62,303 bases of DNA from an uncultured Caulobacteraceae bacterium (GTDB lineage: Bacteria; Pseudomonadota; Alphaproteobacteria; Caulobacterales; Aquidulcibacteraceae). Position numbers and translations under genes: made by a program. Positions 10,111 through 21,249 of this stretch are shown piece after piece; within the stretch, counting starts at the first letter, position 1, and the number at the start of each line of letters is the position of its first letter. The DNA lies in contig CAZKYS010000001.1 in assembly GCA_964557085.1 (NCBI GenBank), forward strand, positions 1-62,303, written 5' to 3'. The notes beneath the pieces were generated by a model. It searched no databases. It was not told the DNA's origin and saw only the letters and a list, made by a program, of their open reading frames with translations.

Positions 10111-10482
10111 TTAATTTTTTAAAGGTGGAATTGGCGGTGGACGCCACCCATCCGAACCAGATTCAGATTGTATTTTGGATGCATCATCTTTTAGCGGTGG
10201 GATTGGAGGCGGACGCCATCCATCTGAACCAGATTCGGTTTGAACCTTTGACGCATCTTTTAAAGGTGGAATTGGTGGCGGGCGCCAATTATCGCTTTCA
10301 CCTTCTTTTGTTACTGGCTTTGGTTCTGGTTTTTTATCACCAAAATCAACAATAACAGGCATTGTCTGTTGCTTTACAACATTATTCTTTTTGATTTTAT
10401 TCTTTGACAAATCCTGCGCCATAACAGAATTAGCAAAACCAAAACCAAGCGCAAAAACCAATATAAATCGAAATTCCCGCAT
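10111..10482 (-). CDS. Secreted 123-aa protein with three WRPPPIPPLK repeats
   Basis: GAGG RBS, Sec-type signal peptide (MREFRFILVFALGFGFANSVMA), repeat cores differ only at synonymous positions. Confidence 0.85.
   Translation of the reverse strand: MREFRFILVFALGFGFANSVMAQDLSKNKIKKNNVVKQQTMPVIVDFGDKKPEPKPVTKEGESDNWRPPPIPPLKDASKVQTESGSDGWRPPPIPPLKDDASKIQSESGSDGWRPPPIPPLKN
10114..10299 (-). repeat. Three imperfect coding tandem repeats (69 and 72 bp period)
   Basis: WRPPPIPPLK cores at 10258-10287, 10189-10218 and 10117-10146. Confidence 0.95.
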
Positions 10483-10660
10483 TTTAACCTCACGATATTT
10501 TGCCCATCAAGCAAAACAACATTATCGCGATTATTATTGATTTCACCTTTCCCCACATACCCCATATGCGGTATGCCATGAAAATTTAGAATTAAGGATG
10601 AAAAACAAACACTTTAAGAAAAGTGCCGGTGCTATGAATTAAAGTATGAACGAAGCGAAC

Positions 10661-10702
10661 TAATAAAAAAAAAGCAAAAACCACGCTTTTTGATTTTTAT
10701 TG
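10661..10702 (-). terminator. Probable intrinsic terminator downstream of tRNA-Leu
   Basis: Minus strand AAAAAGC-gtggttttt-GCTTTTTTTTT: weak stem followed by a long U run. Confidence 0.4.
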
Positions 10703-10714
10703 TCAAGTTGAATA

Positions 10715-10858
10715 CACTTTGCTGAGCGAGCGCGAAGCGCGATGGTGACAAAGTGAGATACGCGCCAAGTGCGCGTCGGCATAAGTGTGCCGCCCCATCG
10801 GAGCGGTGAGCGAATAGCACGAGCGATAAGCGAGTGCCGCGAACATAAGCGTGAGATA
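10715..10858. repeat. GC-rich multi-hairpin element (REP-like or structured ssDNA/RNA element)
   Basis: Stems CACTTTG/CAAAGTG, GCGC-GAA-GCGC, ACGCGC/GCGCGT, CGGCA/TGCCG, GCAC/GTGC in ~140 bp within AT-rich flanks. Confidence 0.55.
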
Positions 10859-10864
10859 AATAAA

Positions 10865-10949
10865 TGGTGCCTCTGGCCAGACTCGAACTGGCACATCTTT
10901 CGATACTCGATTTTGAGTCGAGCGCGTCTACCAATTTCACCACAGAGGC
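10865..10949 (-). tRNA. tRNA-Leu(CAA)
   Basis: GCCTCTG acceptor stem, D loop with TGGTAGAC, anticodon arm CTCGA-CT-CAA-AA-TCGAG, long variable arm, GTTCGAGTC T loop, encoded CCA end; 85 nt. Confidence 0.97.
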
Positions 10950-11052
10950 ACATATAAACTTTGTGATTGGTTTGCGTGTGTTACAAATTTATTGCGCAAT
11001 TATCAATAACAAATTGCGTATGAATTACAGCGTGAATTATTTGATATAAATC

Positions 11053-11067
11053 GCGACTACGTGACGC
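11053..11067. promoter_or_regulatory. Possible RegA/RegR-type box
   Basis: GCGAC-N5-GACGC in an AT-rich divergent promoter upstream of dsbB-coq7; single short match. Confidence 0.25.
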
Positions 11068-11124
11068 GCCAAAAGATTCTAAATTATGCGCAACTTTTAC
11101 AACAAACTATTGTATAAATAAATT

Positions 11125-11688
11125 ATGTTATATATCAATGAAAACATGTTGAGAAAAATTGGCATTCTACAAGATAAGTGGCCTTGGTTTGCGGGCGCAA
11201 TTTCTATTTTTATGCTTGCTGCGGCACATGCATTTGAAATATTTATGAAATTATACCCCTGCCCGCTTTGTTTGCATCAGCGCGAAGTTTATTGGGTTGC
11301 ACTTGGTGTAAGTGCAGTTGCAATAATATTACGCCATTTCTTTGATAATGCATCAATGGCGCGTGCACTTGATGCAATACTGGCGGTGATTTTTTTGGCT
11401 GGCGCTGCGGTTGCAGGTTTCCATTCAGGTGTGGAATTACATTGGTGGAACGGGCTTCCTGAATGTTCTGGTGCTGCGAATGTAAAAGTTGCGGATGATT
11501 TGATGTCTGCACTTTCAAAACCTATGAATGTGCCGAAATGTGATCAAATTGCATGGTCAATGTTTGGGCTTTCGATGGCAAATTATAATATGATTTTGTC
11601 TATCTTGCTTGCAATTTGGTCATGCATTTGTGCACTTCGCGGTGATACTGGCGCAAACTCTTTTAGCGAAAGCAAGGAAGAAGCATAA
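11125..11688 (+). CDS. dsbB: Disulfide bond formation protein B family
   Basis: YPCPLCLHQR, second Cys pair (PECSG...PKCD), four hydrophobic segments; start could be 11146. Confidence 0.88.
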   Translation: MLYINENMLRKIGILQDKWPWFAGAISIFMLAAAHAFEIFMKLYPCPLCLHQREVYWVALGVSAVAIILRHFFDNASMARALDAILAVIFLAGAAVAGFHSGVELHWWNGLPECSGAANVKVADDLMSALSKPMNVPKCDQIAWSMFGLSMANYNMILSILLAIWSCICALRGDTGANSFSESKEEA

Positions 11689-12248
11689 TGCGTAAGCCGC
11701 GCCCACCACGCCCAGGAATATCAATTAATTCGCAAAATAGCGAATTATCACAAATGCTTAGGGTTGATCATGCAGGTGAAATGGCGGCGGTTGAAATTTA
11801 TAAGGCACAGCTAAAAGTATTTAATGCTGCGCAAAATGACGGCAAAATAACACGTATATTGGCCCATCAAGAACAAGAAGAAATCACCCATAAAGCAAGA
11901 TTTGATAAAATCTTAATAGAACGTGCAATCGCCCCCACAATTCTTGAACCAATATGGAAACCATTATCGCAATTCCTTGGATATTCGACGGCCTTAATGG
12001 GAATAAATGCCGCCCATGCCTGCACCCAAGCTGTCGAAGAAGTGATTGAAAGCCACTATCAAGAACAAGAAGATAAAATTGATGATGGCGATTTAAAACA
12101 AACCATTATTAAATTCAAAGAAGAAGAAATCGCCCATAAAAACCAAGCCATAGAAGAAGGCGCGCAAAACGCATTTGCCTATCCTATACTTTCCGCTTTT
12201 ATAAAATCTGGTTGCAGAACAGCTATTGCATTAAGCCATAAACTATAG
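11688..12248 (+). CDS. coq7: Demethoxyubiquinone hydroxylase (Coq7 di-iron family)
   Basis: LRVDHAGE, EEITH, AVEEVIESHY, EEIAH iron-ligand motifs. Confidence 0.92.
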   Translation: MRKPRPPRPGISINSQNSELSQMLRVDHAGEMAAVEIYKAQLKVFNAAQNDGKITRILAHQEQEEITHKARFDKILIERAIAPTILEPIWKPLSQFLGYSTALMGINAAHACTQAVEEVIESHYQEQEDKIDDGDLKQTIIKFKEEEIAHKNQAIEEGAQNAFAYPILSAFIKSGCRTAIALSHKL

Positions 12249-12260
12249 TCAAAGCGCGCC

Positions 12261-12827
12261 ATGTTTGACGCTTTATTCCATTCCACTATCTTGGTTGCGA
12301 TTGCCGAAACTGGCGATAAAACCCAATTATTATCAATCATATTGGCGGCACGCTTTCGTAAGTTCTGGCCATTATTTTGGGGCATTTTAATTGCAACACT
12401 ATTTAACCATGCCTTTGCGGCCTTTATTGGTAGTTTTGTGGCAGGGTTTGCGGCAAGTTTTTGGGTAAATCTAATCGCGGCAATTGCCTTTATCGCAATT
12501 GGCCTTTGGATATTAATTCCCGATGATGAGCCCGATGAAAATCACGAACCAAAATATGGCGCATTCATAACTACATTAATTGCCTTCTTCATGGCTGAAA
12601 TGGGTGACAAAACCCAATTGGCAACAATTACTTTGGGCGCTGATTTAAAACCATTATGGCAAGTGGTAGCAGGAACAACATTGGGAATGATGATTGCCAA
12701 TGTCCCCGCAGTAATTTTTGGCGAAACCATACTAACCAAAATCCCGCTTAAAACCGTTCGATATATTTCATGCGTTTTATTTGTTGGCTTTGGTTTGTGG
12801 CAATTATGGAATTTATTTAACCACTAA
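12261..12827 (+). CDS. TMEM165/GDT1 (UPF0016) cation transporter
   Basis: Duplicated signature ETGDKTQ and EMGDKTQ. Confidence 0.93.
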   Translation: MFDALFHSTILVAIAETGDKTQLLSIILAARFRKFWPLFWGILIATLFNHAFAAFIGSFVAGFAASFWVNLIAAIAFIAIGLWILIPDDEPDENHEPKYGAFITTLIAFFMAEMGDKTQLATITLGADLKPLWQVVAGTTLGMMIANVPAVIFGETILTKIPLKTVRYISCVLFVGFGLWQLWNLFNH

Positions 12828-14000
12828 TTCCAAATCCTTACAGGCAGCTTGCATAATTTGTTCTTCAATTGCGAAAAGGCCGGTTCGCCCTTTTCGTGGG
12901 TTTTCCAAGCTTCCGTTTATGAAATATATAAATCCTTTTTGGCTTTTGGGTTCAAACCATAGGCCGCCAAGAAGGCCATAGGCTTCCCCATAATGACCAA
13001 GCATGTCTGATTTAAGGCCAATAATTGGGCAATTATCGTCGGCTAATAAATGATGTATTCCCGTTCCAAATGCTTGGAATGAGCCGTCTTCGCCGCCGTC
13101 TTGAACTTTGATTTTTTCATGATGCCAAACAATTTGGCGCATATTTTCGATAGTATCAAGGCGCAATATTCCATGATAGCCCATTAAAACTTGGGCAATT
13201 TTTACCAAATCATTGATACTTGCCCTAAGGCCGCCTTGGGGTGAAAATAAAAGGCCATTTGTTCCAATTTGATAGTCTGCAAGGCTTTTGCCGTCTTTGG
13301 TAAAAATTGTTAGGCGTTTTTTTGACATCATATCGCCGTCAACCTGCACCACCCATTCATCATTATCATTTTTGCGGCGATAAAGCGGTGATGAATTTTC
13401 CACTGCATTTTCAGGAATGCCTGACCAATTAAAACCGCAATCAATATTTAAAACATCAAACAAAATGCGCTTTACATACTTATCAAAGCGTTCACCACTT
13501 ATGTTTTCAATGATCTGTGCGACTACACCCATTCCAAGGTTAGAATAACAGAAGCCACCCAATGGGGTTTCACCCTTTGCCCAATGTTGCCCATCCATGT
13601 ATTGCGCGCCATTTGGAACAAAGAAACTTTCCAATGTTTCGCCAACAACACCCATATAATTATCGCCATCTCTTATACCTGATGTATGGGATAATAACAT
13701 TCGCGGTGTTATCGGGCTTTCAGGAAATAGTGGGTGACGAAGCAAGAAACCCAAATGTTGTGAGCAATCAGAATCTAAATCAACTTTATTATCTTGTGCC
13801 AAAGATAAAATTGCAATTGCAGTTGAAAGCTTTGAAATTGATGCAACCCGCACTTTTGAATCAAGGTTTAAACTCTTGCCCAATTGCCCCATACCAATTG
13901 CATCTTTCACAATTACACCCATGCCCTCAAATAAAGCATAAGCGCCCCCAGGAATTTGTTTTGCCCCTAATAAGGATTGTAAAGTTTTTGCAATTTTCAT
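12813..14000 (-). CDS. Serine hydrolase, beta-lactamase-related family
   Basis: ASISK (SxxK), LLSHTSG, YSN, GHYG. Confidence 0.88.
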   Translation of the reverse strand: MKIAKTLQSLLGAKQIPGGAYALFEGMGVIVKDAIGMGQLGKSLNLDSKVRVASISKLSTAIAILSLAQDNKVDLDSDCSQHLGFLLRHPLFPESPITPRMLLSHTSGIRDGDNYMGVVGETLESFFVPNGAQYMDGQHWAKGETPLGGFCYSNLGMGVVAQIIENISGERFDKYVKRILFDVLNIDCGFNWSGIPENAVENSSPLYRRKNDNDEWVVQVDGDMMSKKRLTIFTKDGKSLADYQIGTNGLLFSPQGGLRASINDLVKIAQVLMGYHGILRLDTIENMRQIVWHHEKIKVQDGGEDGSFQAFGTGIHHLLADDNCPIIGLKSDMLGHYGEAYGLLGGLWFEPKSQKGFIYFINGSLENPRKGRTGLFAIEEQIMQAACKDLELVVK

Positions 14001-14887
14001 TTTAAATTTTGTTTTAAAAACTCAAGGCTTCTTGCCCATGCAAGCGCGGCCATTTTTTCATTATATCGCGGTGTCGTATCATTATTAAAGCCATGAACTG
14101 TTCCCTCATAATTAAACGCCTGATATGATTTATTATTGGCTTTTAATGCGGCCTCATATGGCGGCCACATGGCATTAAATCTTTCATCATCTTGGGCGAA
14201 ATGAAGCATTAATTTGGATTTGATGCTTGGCACGTCTTCAATTTTTGGAGCCGCGCCATAAAATGAAACGCCAGCATTTAATTCATTTAATTGGGTGGCA
14301 AGATAATTCACCATACCACCGCCATAGCAAAAGCCAATTGCACCTAATTTATTATTGCCATGTTCGGTAATGCGGGCAAATTTGGCGGCAGCAATGAAAT
14401 CTTGTTTGATTTTATTTTGATCCAAAGTGGCAAATTTGGCGCGCGCCGCATCTTCATCCCCTGGATAACCACCCAATGCGGTCAAGGCATCAGGTGCAAT
14501 GGCAATATAACCTTCAAGCGCAATACGCCGCGCAATATCTTTAATATGCGGATTAAGACCACGATTTTCATGAATAATTATGATTACCGGAAGTTTTTGC
14601 CAAAAACCAAGTTTTTTGGGTCTTGCCAAATAGGCATTAATCACACCCGAACCATTTGGCGATGGTATATGAATATCTTCTATCCAAAGTCTTTTATCAT
14701 CAGGGGCGATTTTTTGGGCACTGGCAAAATCAGGTAAAAGCGCATTAAGCATTGCACCCGCCGCACTGGCACTTATTGCAAAGCCTGCCGCACCTTCAAT
14801 AAAGCCACGGCGGTCAATATCACCGTGAACATATTTATCAAAAAGTGTGATTATAGGCTTGGGAAATTCATCGATATTTTTTGCCAT
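13997..14887 (-). CDS. Dienelactone hydrolase family protein (YghX-like)
   Basis: HENRGLNPHI, GFCYGG nucleophile, HGFNNDTTPRY. Confidence 0.92.
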   Translation of the reverse strand: MAKNIDEFPKPIITLFDKYVHGDIDRRGFIEGAAGFAISASAAGAMLNALLPDFASAQKIAPDDKRLWIEDIHIPSPNGSGVINAYLARPKKLGFWQKLPVIIIIHENRGLNPHIKDIARRIALEGYIAIAPDALTALGGYPGDEDAARAKFATLDQNKIKQDFIAAAKFARITEHGNNKLGAIGFCYGGGMVNYLATQLNELNAGVSFYGAAPKIEDVPSIKSKLMLHFAQDDERFNAMWPPYEAALKANNKSYQAFNYEGTVHGFNNDTTPRYNEKMAALAWARSLEFLKQNLK

Positions 14888-14941
14888 TTTTACCTCTGAA
14901 TTTAAATTAACAGCAAAGGTAAAAATGGCAATATTATTTTA

Positions 14942-16912
14942 TTAAGCGCGAATTTTTTCTAAAAACTCGTTTGCTGATTGTTTTAACTTAATTGCTTGAT
15001 TTGCAAGATTTTGGGCCGCACCCAAAGATTCAGATGCCGTTTCACCTGTTTGATTTGACGCCTCAAGTACAATCGCCGCAGCATCCGCAGTAACATTCGC
15101 AGAGCGCGCAACATCGGTTGTACGATGCGAAATTTCACGAACTGCTTGCTTTTGCTGATCAATTGAAGATGCAATATCACCTGCAACTTCGGTAATGTCT
15201 TTAATCGCATTTGTTACATCTTGAATTGAAATAACTGCATCCTTTGTTGAATTAGTTATCGCATCGATATTTTCACGGATTTCTTCAGTCGCTTTTGATG
15301 TTTGCTCTGCTAAAGATTTAACTTCTGAAGCTACAACTGCAAAACCTTTGCCCAAATCCCCTGCCCTTGCCGCTTCGATTGTTGCGTTAAGCGCCAAAAG
15401 ATTGGTTTGGCTTGCAATTTCGGAAATTAATTCAACAACTGAACCAATTTTTTCGGCGGCACGGCTTAATTCTTCAACTTTTTGTGTTGATTGGCTTGCA
15501 CGATTTTGCCCCTCAAGCGCCATTGCTGCAGAGCGTGACGCTTGGTTTGCAATTTCATCAATTGAATTAGAAAGCTGCTCTGCAGCGGCTGCAACACTTT
15601 GAATATTGGCATTTGAAGATGATGATTCGTGTGATGCCTCACGGGCGCTACCTGATGCATTCATTGCCGCTTCTTGCAAGAATTGTGATGAAGATTGTAA
15701 TTGATTAGCCGCACTTGCAACATTTTCAATTGCATCCATAACCGATGCCTCAAAACCATTTGCCATATTTAAAAGGCTTGCACGGCTTTGTGCCTGAATT
15801 TCTGCGTCGCGTAATGCCGATTGTTCACGCAGTTTTTCGGTTTCAATTTGGTTTCTTTTGAAAACTTCCAATGCATTTGCAATTTCACCAGTTTCATTGG
15901 TGTCATCATTAAATGGAATTTCAATTTTAGAATTATTTTTTGCCAATTCCTGCATCGCACCAACAAGTGCTTTGATGCGCGCATTAAGGCCATTTGAAAT
16001 CCACCATACAAGGCCAGCGGCAATGATAAAAAGAATTAAAACAATTCCCAAATCCACAAATAATTCATTATATTTTTTGGCGATACGCGCTTTTAACAAT
16101 CTATCCAATTCTTTAGATGATAAATTCCATAAAGCAGATGATTGATTTTCAACTTGTAAAGTTGCCGCACTTAATTCTTGGGAATTTGTAACAATACCGC
16201 CGTTACCAATTGCTTTTACGCTTATGTCACTTTGTGCAACTAAGGCATTCATTTTTTCGGCCACAATTGATTTTTGTGAATCCAATGCTTTTTTCAAGCT
16301 ACCATCTGCGCTTGCGCCAATTGCGGTATCTAATGAACCCATTAATGCGCCATATGCAGTTTCAACTTTTGATTTTGCCATAACAATTGCGGCACCTTCA
16401 TCAAAACTGCGTGCGCCATTGTTATTTTGCTTATTTACAAGGTCACTTAACTCATTGGCGGCAATCATGAAGTTTGGCATTTTAAACGCCACAACGTCCA
16501 TCACATAATATGAATCTAAATCAGGATCTAAAGTAAGATTTGAACCATCCGATATTTTTGCAATAAGGCTTGATGCATTTGTCATGCGTGAAACCTTGTC
16601 AGTTTTTTGTGCATCGGCAAAAATATCTGCGGCCTCTTTAGTTTTCATTTCAATATCTAATTTTTGACGTGTTTTATTGAAATTATCGTCAAGTGCCAAA
16701 AATGAATTATTGGCTGCTGCCGAAAAGGCAGGCCAAACCGCGTTTAGATATTCAACACCTTCACGTTCTTTTTTACTAAAATCAACGTCAGTATTAATTT
16801 TTGAAACAAATATTTGCGCCAAGAAAACTGTTGGAATTAACATTGCCACAGCAATCAATGTAAGTCTTTGCGCTATTGAAAGTTTTTGATGCATAAATTT
16901 AAACATAATCAT
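14942..16912 (-). CDS. Methyl-accepting chemotaxis protein
   Basis: Two TM segments, HAMP-like region, [17 protein letters not shown]...[10 protein letters not shown] hairpin. Confidence 0.95.
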   Translation of the reverse strand: MIMFKFMHQKLSIAQRLTLIAVAMLIPTVFLAQIFVSKINTDVDFSKKEREGVEYLNAVWPAFSAAANNSFLALDDNFNKTRQKLDIEMKTKEAADIFADAQKTDKVSRMTNASSLIAKISDGSNLTLDPDLDSYYVMDVVAFKMPNFMIAANELSDLVNKQNNNGARSFDEGAAIVMAKSKVETAYGALMGSLDTAIGASADGSLKKALDSQKSIVAEKMNALVAQSDISVKAIGNGGIVTNSQELSAATLQVENQSSALWNLSSKELDRLLKARIAKKYNELFVDLGIVLILFIIAAGLVWWISNGLNARIKALVGAMQELAKNNSKIEIPFNDDTNETGEIANALEVFKRNQIETEKLREQSALRDAEIQAQSRASLLNMANGFEASVMDAIENVASAANQLQSSSQFLQEAAMNASGSAREASHESSSSNANIQSVAAAAEQLSNSIDEIANQASRSAAMALEGQNRASQSTQKVEELSRAAEKIGSVVELISEIASQTNLLALNATIEAARAGDLGKGFAVVASEVKSLAEQTSKATEEIRENIDAITNSTKDAVISIQDVTNAIKDITEVAGDIASSIDQQKQAVREISHRTTDVARSANVTADAAAIVLEASNQTGETASESLGAAQNLANQAIKLKQSANEFLEKIRA

Positions 16913-17082
16913 CCGCCTGAAATTTTATGAATTGCTGAAGCAAATTAATTAAAATTTTATGATTTTTTTTAAATGTTTATTGGTTATATTTTTGGCTGCA
17001 TATTAATTGTGCAATTGCCTAAATAACATGCAAAAATTCAAAAGGTTTTTGACTTTAAAGATGAATTATTACACACAAAAAT

Positions 17083-20000
17083 ATGGGTCAAAAAATAGAA
17101 ATTTTAAACGGCAAACCCGATATTTTGGGTGCGCATTTTTATGATAATGGTGTAAATTTTGCTGTTTACTCAAAAAACGCAAGCAAGATTGAAATTTGCA
17201 TATTTGATGAAAATGACAATGAAACCCATAAAATCGATTTAAAATACAAAACCAATGATGTGTTCCATGCATTCGTAAAAAATATTGGAATTGGAACCAA
17301 ATATGGAATTCGCGCCTATGGTGAATATGCACCCGAAAATGGTAATTGGTTTGATGAAGGCAAATTATTATTCGACCCATTTGCAAAATCAATTGATCGC
17401 CCATTCGAATTAAGCGATGAAATGCTTGAATATGGTGTCGATAGTGCAAAAAAAATGCCAAAAGCGATTGTATGCGAACCCAAATTGGCAAACCCAAAAT
17501 CAAATCTGAAACTCAAAGATTTAATCATTTACGAGCTTCATATTAAAGGCTTTACGAAAAACCAAAAAGATATTCCAATTGAATTGCTTGGTCGATTTAA
17601 AGGACTTTGTGCGAAACCATCAATCGAATATCTAAAAGCACTTGGCATTAATGCCATTGAAATTTTGCCCGCCAATGCATGGATTGATGAAAATCATTTA
17701 CGAAAACTTGGGCTTAAAAATTATTGGGGCTATAATACAATTGGTTTTCTAACCCCCGACCCAAAACTTGCGCCAGATGGCTGGGAGGAGGTTCGCGAAT
17801 GCGTCGAAACCCTCGAACAAAATGGAATTGAAACCATTATTGATGTTGTCTTCAATCATAGCGGTGAAGGCGACAAATATGGCCCCAATATTTCATTACG
17901 TGGCCTTGATAACAAAACTTATTATATGCGCGATGAAAATGGCGAATATTCAAATTATGCGGGCTGCGGAAATGTGCTTAATTGCAATGAAGATGCCGTT
18001 ATCAAACTTGTTTTAGATTCATTGCGTGCATGGCGTCTATATGGCGGGGTGCATGGTTTTAGGTTTGACCTTGCAAGTGTTCTTGGGCGTAATGAAAATG
18101 GTTTTAATGCACGTGCAAGAATTTTTGAATTAATTGAAAATGATCCAATTTTAAAGAAATGCAAATTAATTGCCGAACCATGGGATTGTGCGGGTTATAA
18201 TTTATCGCAATTTCCACAAAAATGGGCCGAATGGAATGATAAGTTTCGCGATTGTATGCGTAAATTCTGGCTTAAGAATGAAATTGGATTTGGGGAATTT
18301 GTTTCGCGATTTTGTGGTTCGCAAGATTTATTTGGCAATAAATCACCTGACAAATCAATAAATTATATTATCGCTCATGATGGTTTCACATTAAACGATT
18401 TGGTTTCATACATCCACAAACATAATGAAGCCAATGGTGAACAAAACCGCGATGGCAGCAATGATAATCATTCATATAATCATGGCATTGAAGGGCAAAC
18501 CCAAGACAAAACAATAATTGCAAATCGCAAAAAAGCCATTCGCAATTTGCTTACAAGCCTTATCTTGGCGCGCGGCACGCCGATGATTACGATGGGAAGT
18601 GAAATTGGGTATTCCCAAAATGGCAATAACAATTCTTACGCACAAGATAATGAAATAAATTATATTGATTGGGAAAATATTGATTTTGAGCTTTTGGAAT
18701 TTACAAAGAAACTTATTGAAATTCGCAAAAATTATGGCTGCTTTGCAAGCGACACTTTCTTTAATGGTCAACCAAACCCAATATTTAAAGACATAATTTT
18801 CCAAAACCAATATGGGCAAATATTAAATGATTGGGAATGGAATAGCCCCGATTGCGAATGTATAAAAATACAAATTAATCAAAATGATGACGCTTTTTGC
18901 CTTATAATTAATCGGGGCAATAATGATTTGAATGTGAATTTGCCATCCTGTAAAAGCAATCAATCATGGCATGTTGAAATTGATACCGCAAATCAAAATA
19001 ATGGCGAAATACTTAGTGATGGCATTAATATTTCAAGCAAATCGATTTTGCTTTTACGCCAAACAAAAGCAACAAACCCCAAAATAAACCCAATTGATGA
19101 AGCTACTTTGGATAAATTATGCAATCTTTATAAGATTGATAATTCATGGTGGGATTTAACTGGCAAAGAAACCAAAGTTTCGCAGGCATCAAAAAAAGCA
19201 ATCTTAAGAGCCATGGGAATTCATTGCGAAACATATGAAGATGCTCTGAATGCAATTTATGAATTCACCCAAAAACAATTACGCCCACTACCCCATATTG
19301 CAAGTTTTGATATTGGTGATGAAATCAAAATTATGCATATTGCTACAAAGCCAAACACATCAAAATTATTGATAAATGGTCAGGCAATTGAATTTGATAT
19401 TTGTGATAAAAAAGAAATCATGCTTGCCAATGAAGCACGGGCATTTTCTTATGAAATTAAACTTAAATCGCTTGAAATCGGTATTTATGAAATCGCATTT
19501 GAAAATGATATTGAAACCAAATGCCGCCTTATAATCGCCCCGCAAAAAGCATATTTGCCAGAAGTTTTGGAAACAAAAAATATCTTTGGTTATTCGGTTC
19601 AATCATATTCATTAAAGCGTGAAAATGACCAAGGGATTGGTGATTTTACAAGTATTAAACAATGCCTTGAAAATTGCCAAATCACGGGCGCAAGTATTTT
19701 GGCAATCAACCCGCTTCATGCGCTTTTTGGCGCACAAAGGGATTTGAAAAGCCCATATTATCCATCCGATAGGCGCTTTATAGACCCAATATATATTGAT
19801 GTTTCAAAATTTACCCCTGATTTTGATTTCACCCAAGAACAAAAAAGCCCAAATATTTTATATAATGAAATATGGGCAAAAAAAACGCGATATTTTACAA
19901 AAATCATTCGCCCAAAATCGCACCTCAAAAGCATTTAATGATTTTTGCAACAATGGCGGGCAAAGCCTTGATGATTATGCAGTTTTTGAATCTATTGATA

Positions 20001-21109
20001 ATATTTATAATGCCAATTGGCCCGATGATTTAAAGCAAAAATCACCATCAGTCGTAAAAGAATTCAAACAAAAACATTCAGATGAAATTGAATTTCAAAA
20101 ATATTTGCAATACATCGCCAACGGGCAGTTAAGTGAAATTTGCGATATTAAATTGCCAATCGGCCTTAATCTTGATTTGGCAATTGGTGCGGCACCAATG
20201 GGTGCTGAAAATTGGTGTAATAGTCATTTAATTGCGGGAAATATTTCAATTGGCGCCCCGCCCGACCCACTTGGCCCACAGGGGCAAGTTTGGGGATTGC
20301 CGCCCTATATACCCCACAAAATTATCGAAGATAAATTGTGCAAATTAGAAGAAATATTTAATGCCAATATGCGCTTTGCGGGCGCTTTGCGTATTGATCA
20401 TGCAATGGGTTTAATGCGCCTTTTTTGGGTTCCTAATAATATGTGCGGCGCAGATGGAACCTATGTAAATTATCCGTTTGAGCATATATTACGGCTTTTA
20501 AAACTTCTAAGCCACAAAAACCAATGCCTTATTATTGGCGAAGATTTGGGAACTGTACCTTTTGGCTTTAGTGAGAATATGCAATCGCAAAACATCTTCT
20601 CATACAAAGTTTTACCTTTTGAACGTGAAAATAATAGTTTTAAACAGCCCAAAGATTACCCACAAAATAGCTTCACCTGCGCCTTTACCCACGACTTACC
20701 ACCCCTTGCAGGTTGGTGGAATGGAATTGATATTAATGAACGTGAAAACTTGGGGATTTTCAATAAAGATGATGCATCAAATGCACGTTTAGAACGTAAT
20801 CAAGAAATTCAATCATTAATTGACGCGCTAAAAACCAACAATCTTTTGGATGAAAACCATTTAAATACCGCTTTTAATGATGAAATAGTCATTGCAATCC
20901 ATAAATATATTGCAATTTCAAATGCAAAAATCGCCATCATACAAATCGAAGATTTGGCGTGCGAAGCAACTTCGGTAAATCTTCCAGGTACCGATAAAGA
21001 GCGCCCGAATTGGCAAAGGAAAATTAGCAAAAATATTGATCAAATTTTTGGTGATAAAAACAATCTATCCACAAAAATCGCAAACGCCGTGAAATTAACA
21101 AACAGGTAA
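17083..21109 (+). pseudogene. glgX-malQ: GlgX glycogen debranching enzyme / MalQ 4-alpha-glucanotransferase fusion, frameshifted at A8 (19878-19885)
   Basis: ORF 17083-19938 has GH13 motifs (NYWGY, DVVFNH, GFRFDLA, IAEPWD, AHDGFTL) then MalQ N-part (GIGDF, INPLHAL, SPYYPSDRRF). The +1 frame carries the rest of MalQ (LDLAIG, GAPPD, LRIDHAMGL, IGEDLG, THDLP, NLPGT). May be an assembly error rather than a true pseudogene. Confidence 0.85.
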
Positions 21110-21249
21110 AATGCGGTTATTTTATAAAAAATAGCAAAAAACCGACTTTACGATTTGCCAAACCATATATTTTTGTGGCAGTTAATAATTCTAAATTATG
21201 CGGGTTGAATCGTGCGCAATCGATTTCATTTGCAAAAACAATGTAAATT

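Noticed and set aside
10114-10299. CRISPR-like repeat/spacer periodicity
   Set aside because: Repeats vary at third codon positions, spacers resemble each other, and there are no cas genes; it is a coding repeat.
9376-10864. Genomic island integrated at tRNA-Leu
   Set aside because: No integrase and no duplicated tRNA 3' end (att site) found by eye in the window.
10632-11049. Several short ORFs on both strands around the tRNA
   Set aside because: They overlap tRNA-Leu and the GC-rich hairpin element, which explains the lack of stops; no RBS or protein-like features.
12249-12260. yybP-ykoY riboswitch before the GDT1-family gene (and Moco riboswitch before moaA)
   Set aside because: Intergenic gaps are only 12 and 36 bp.
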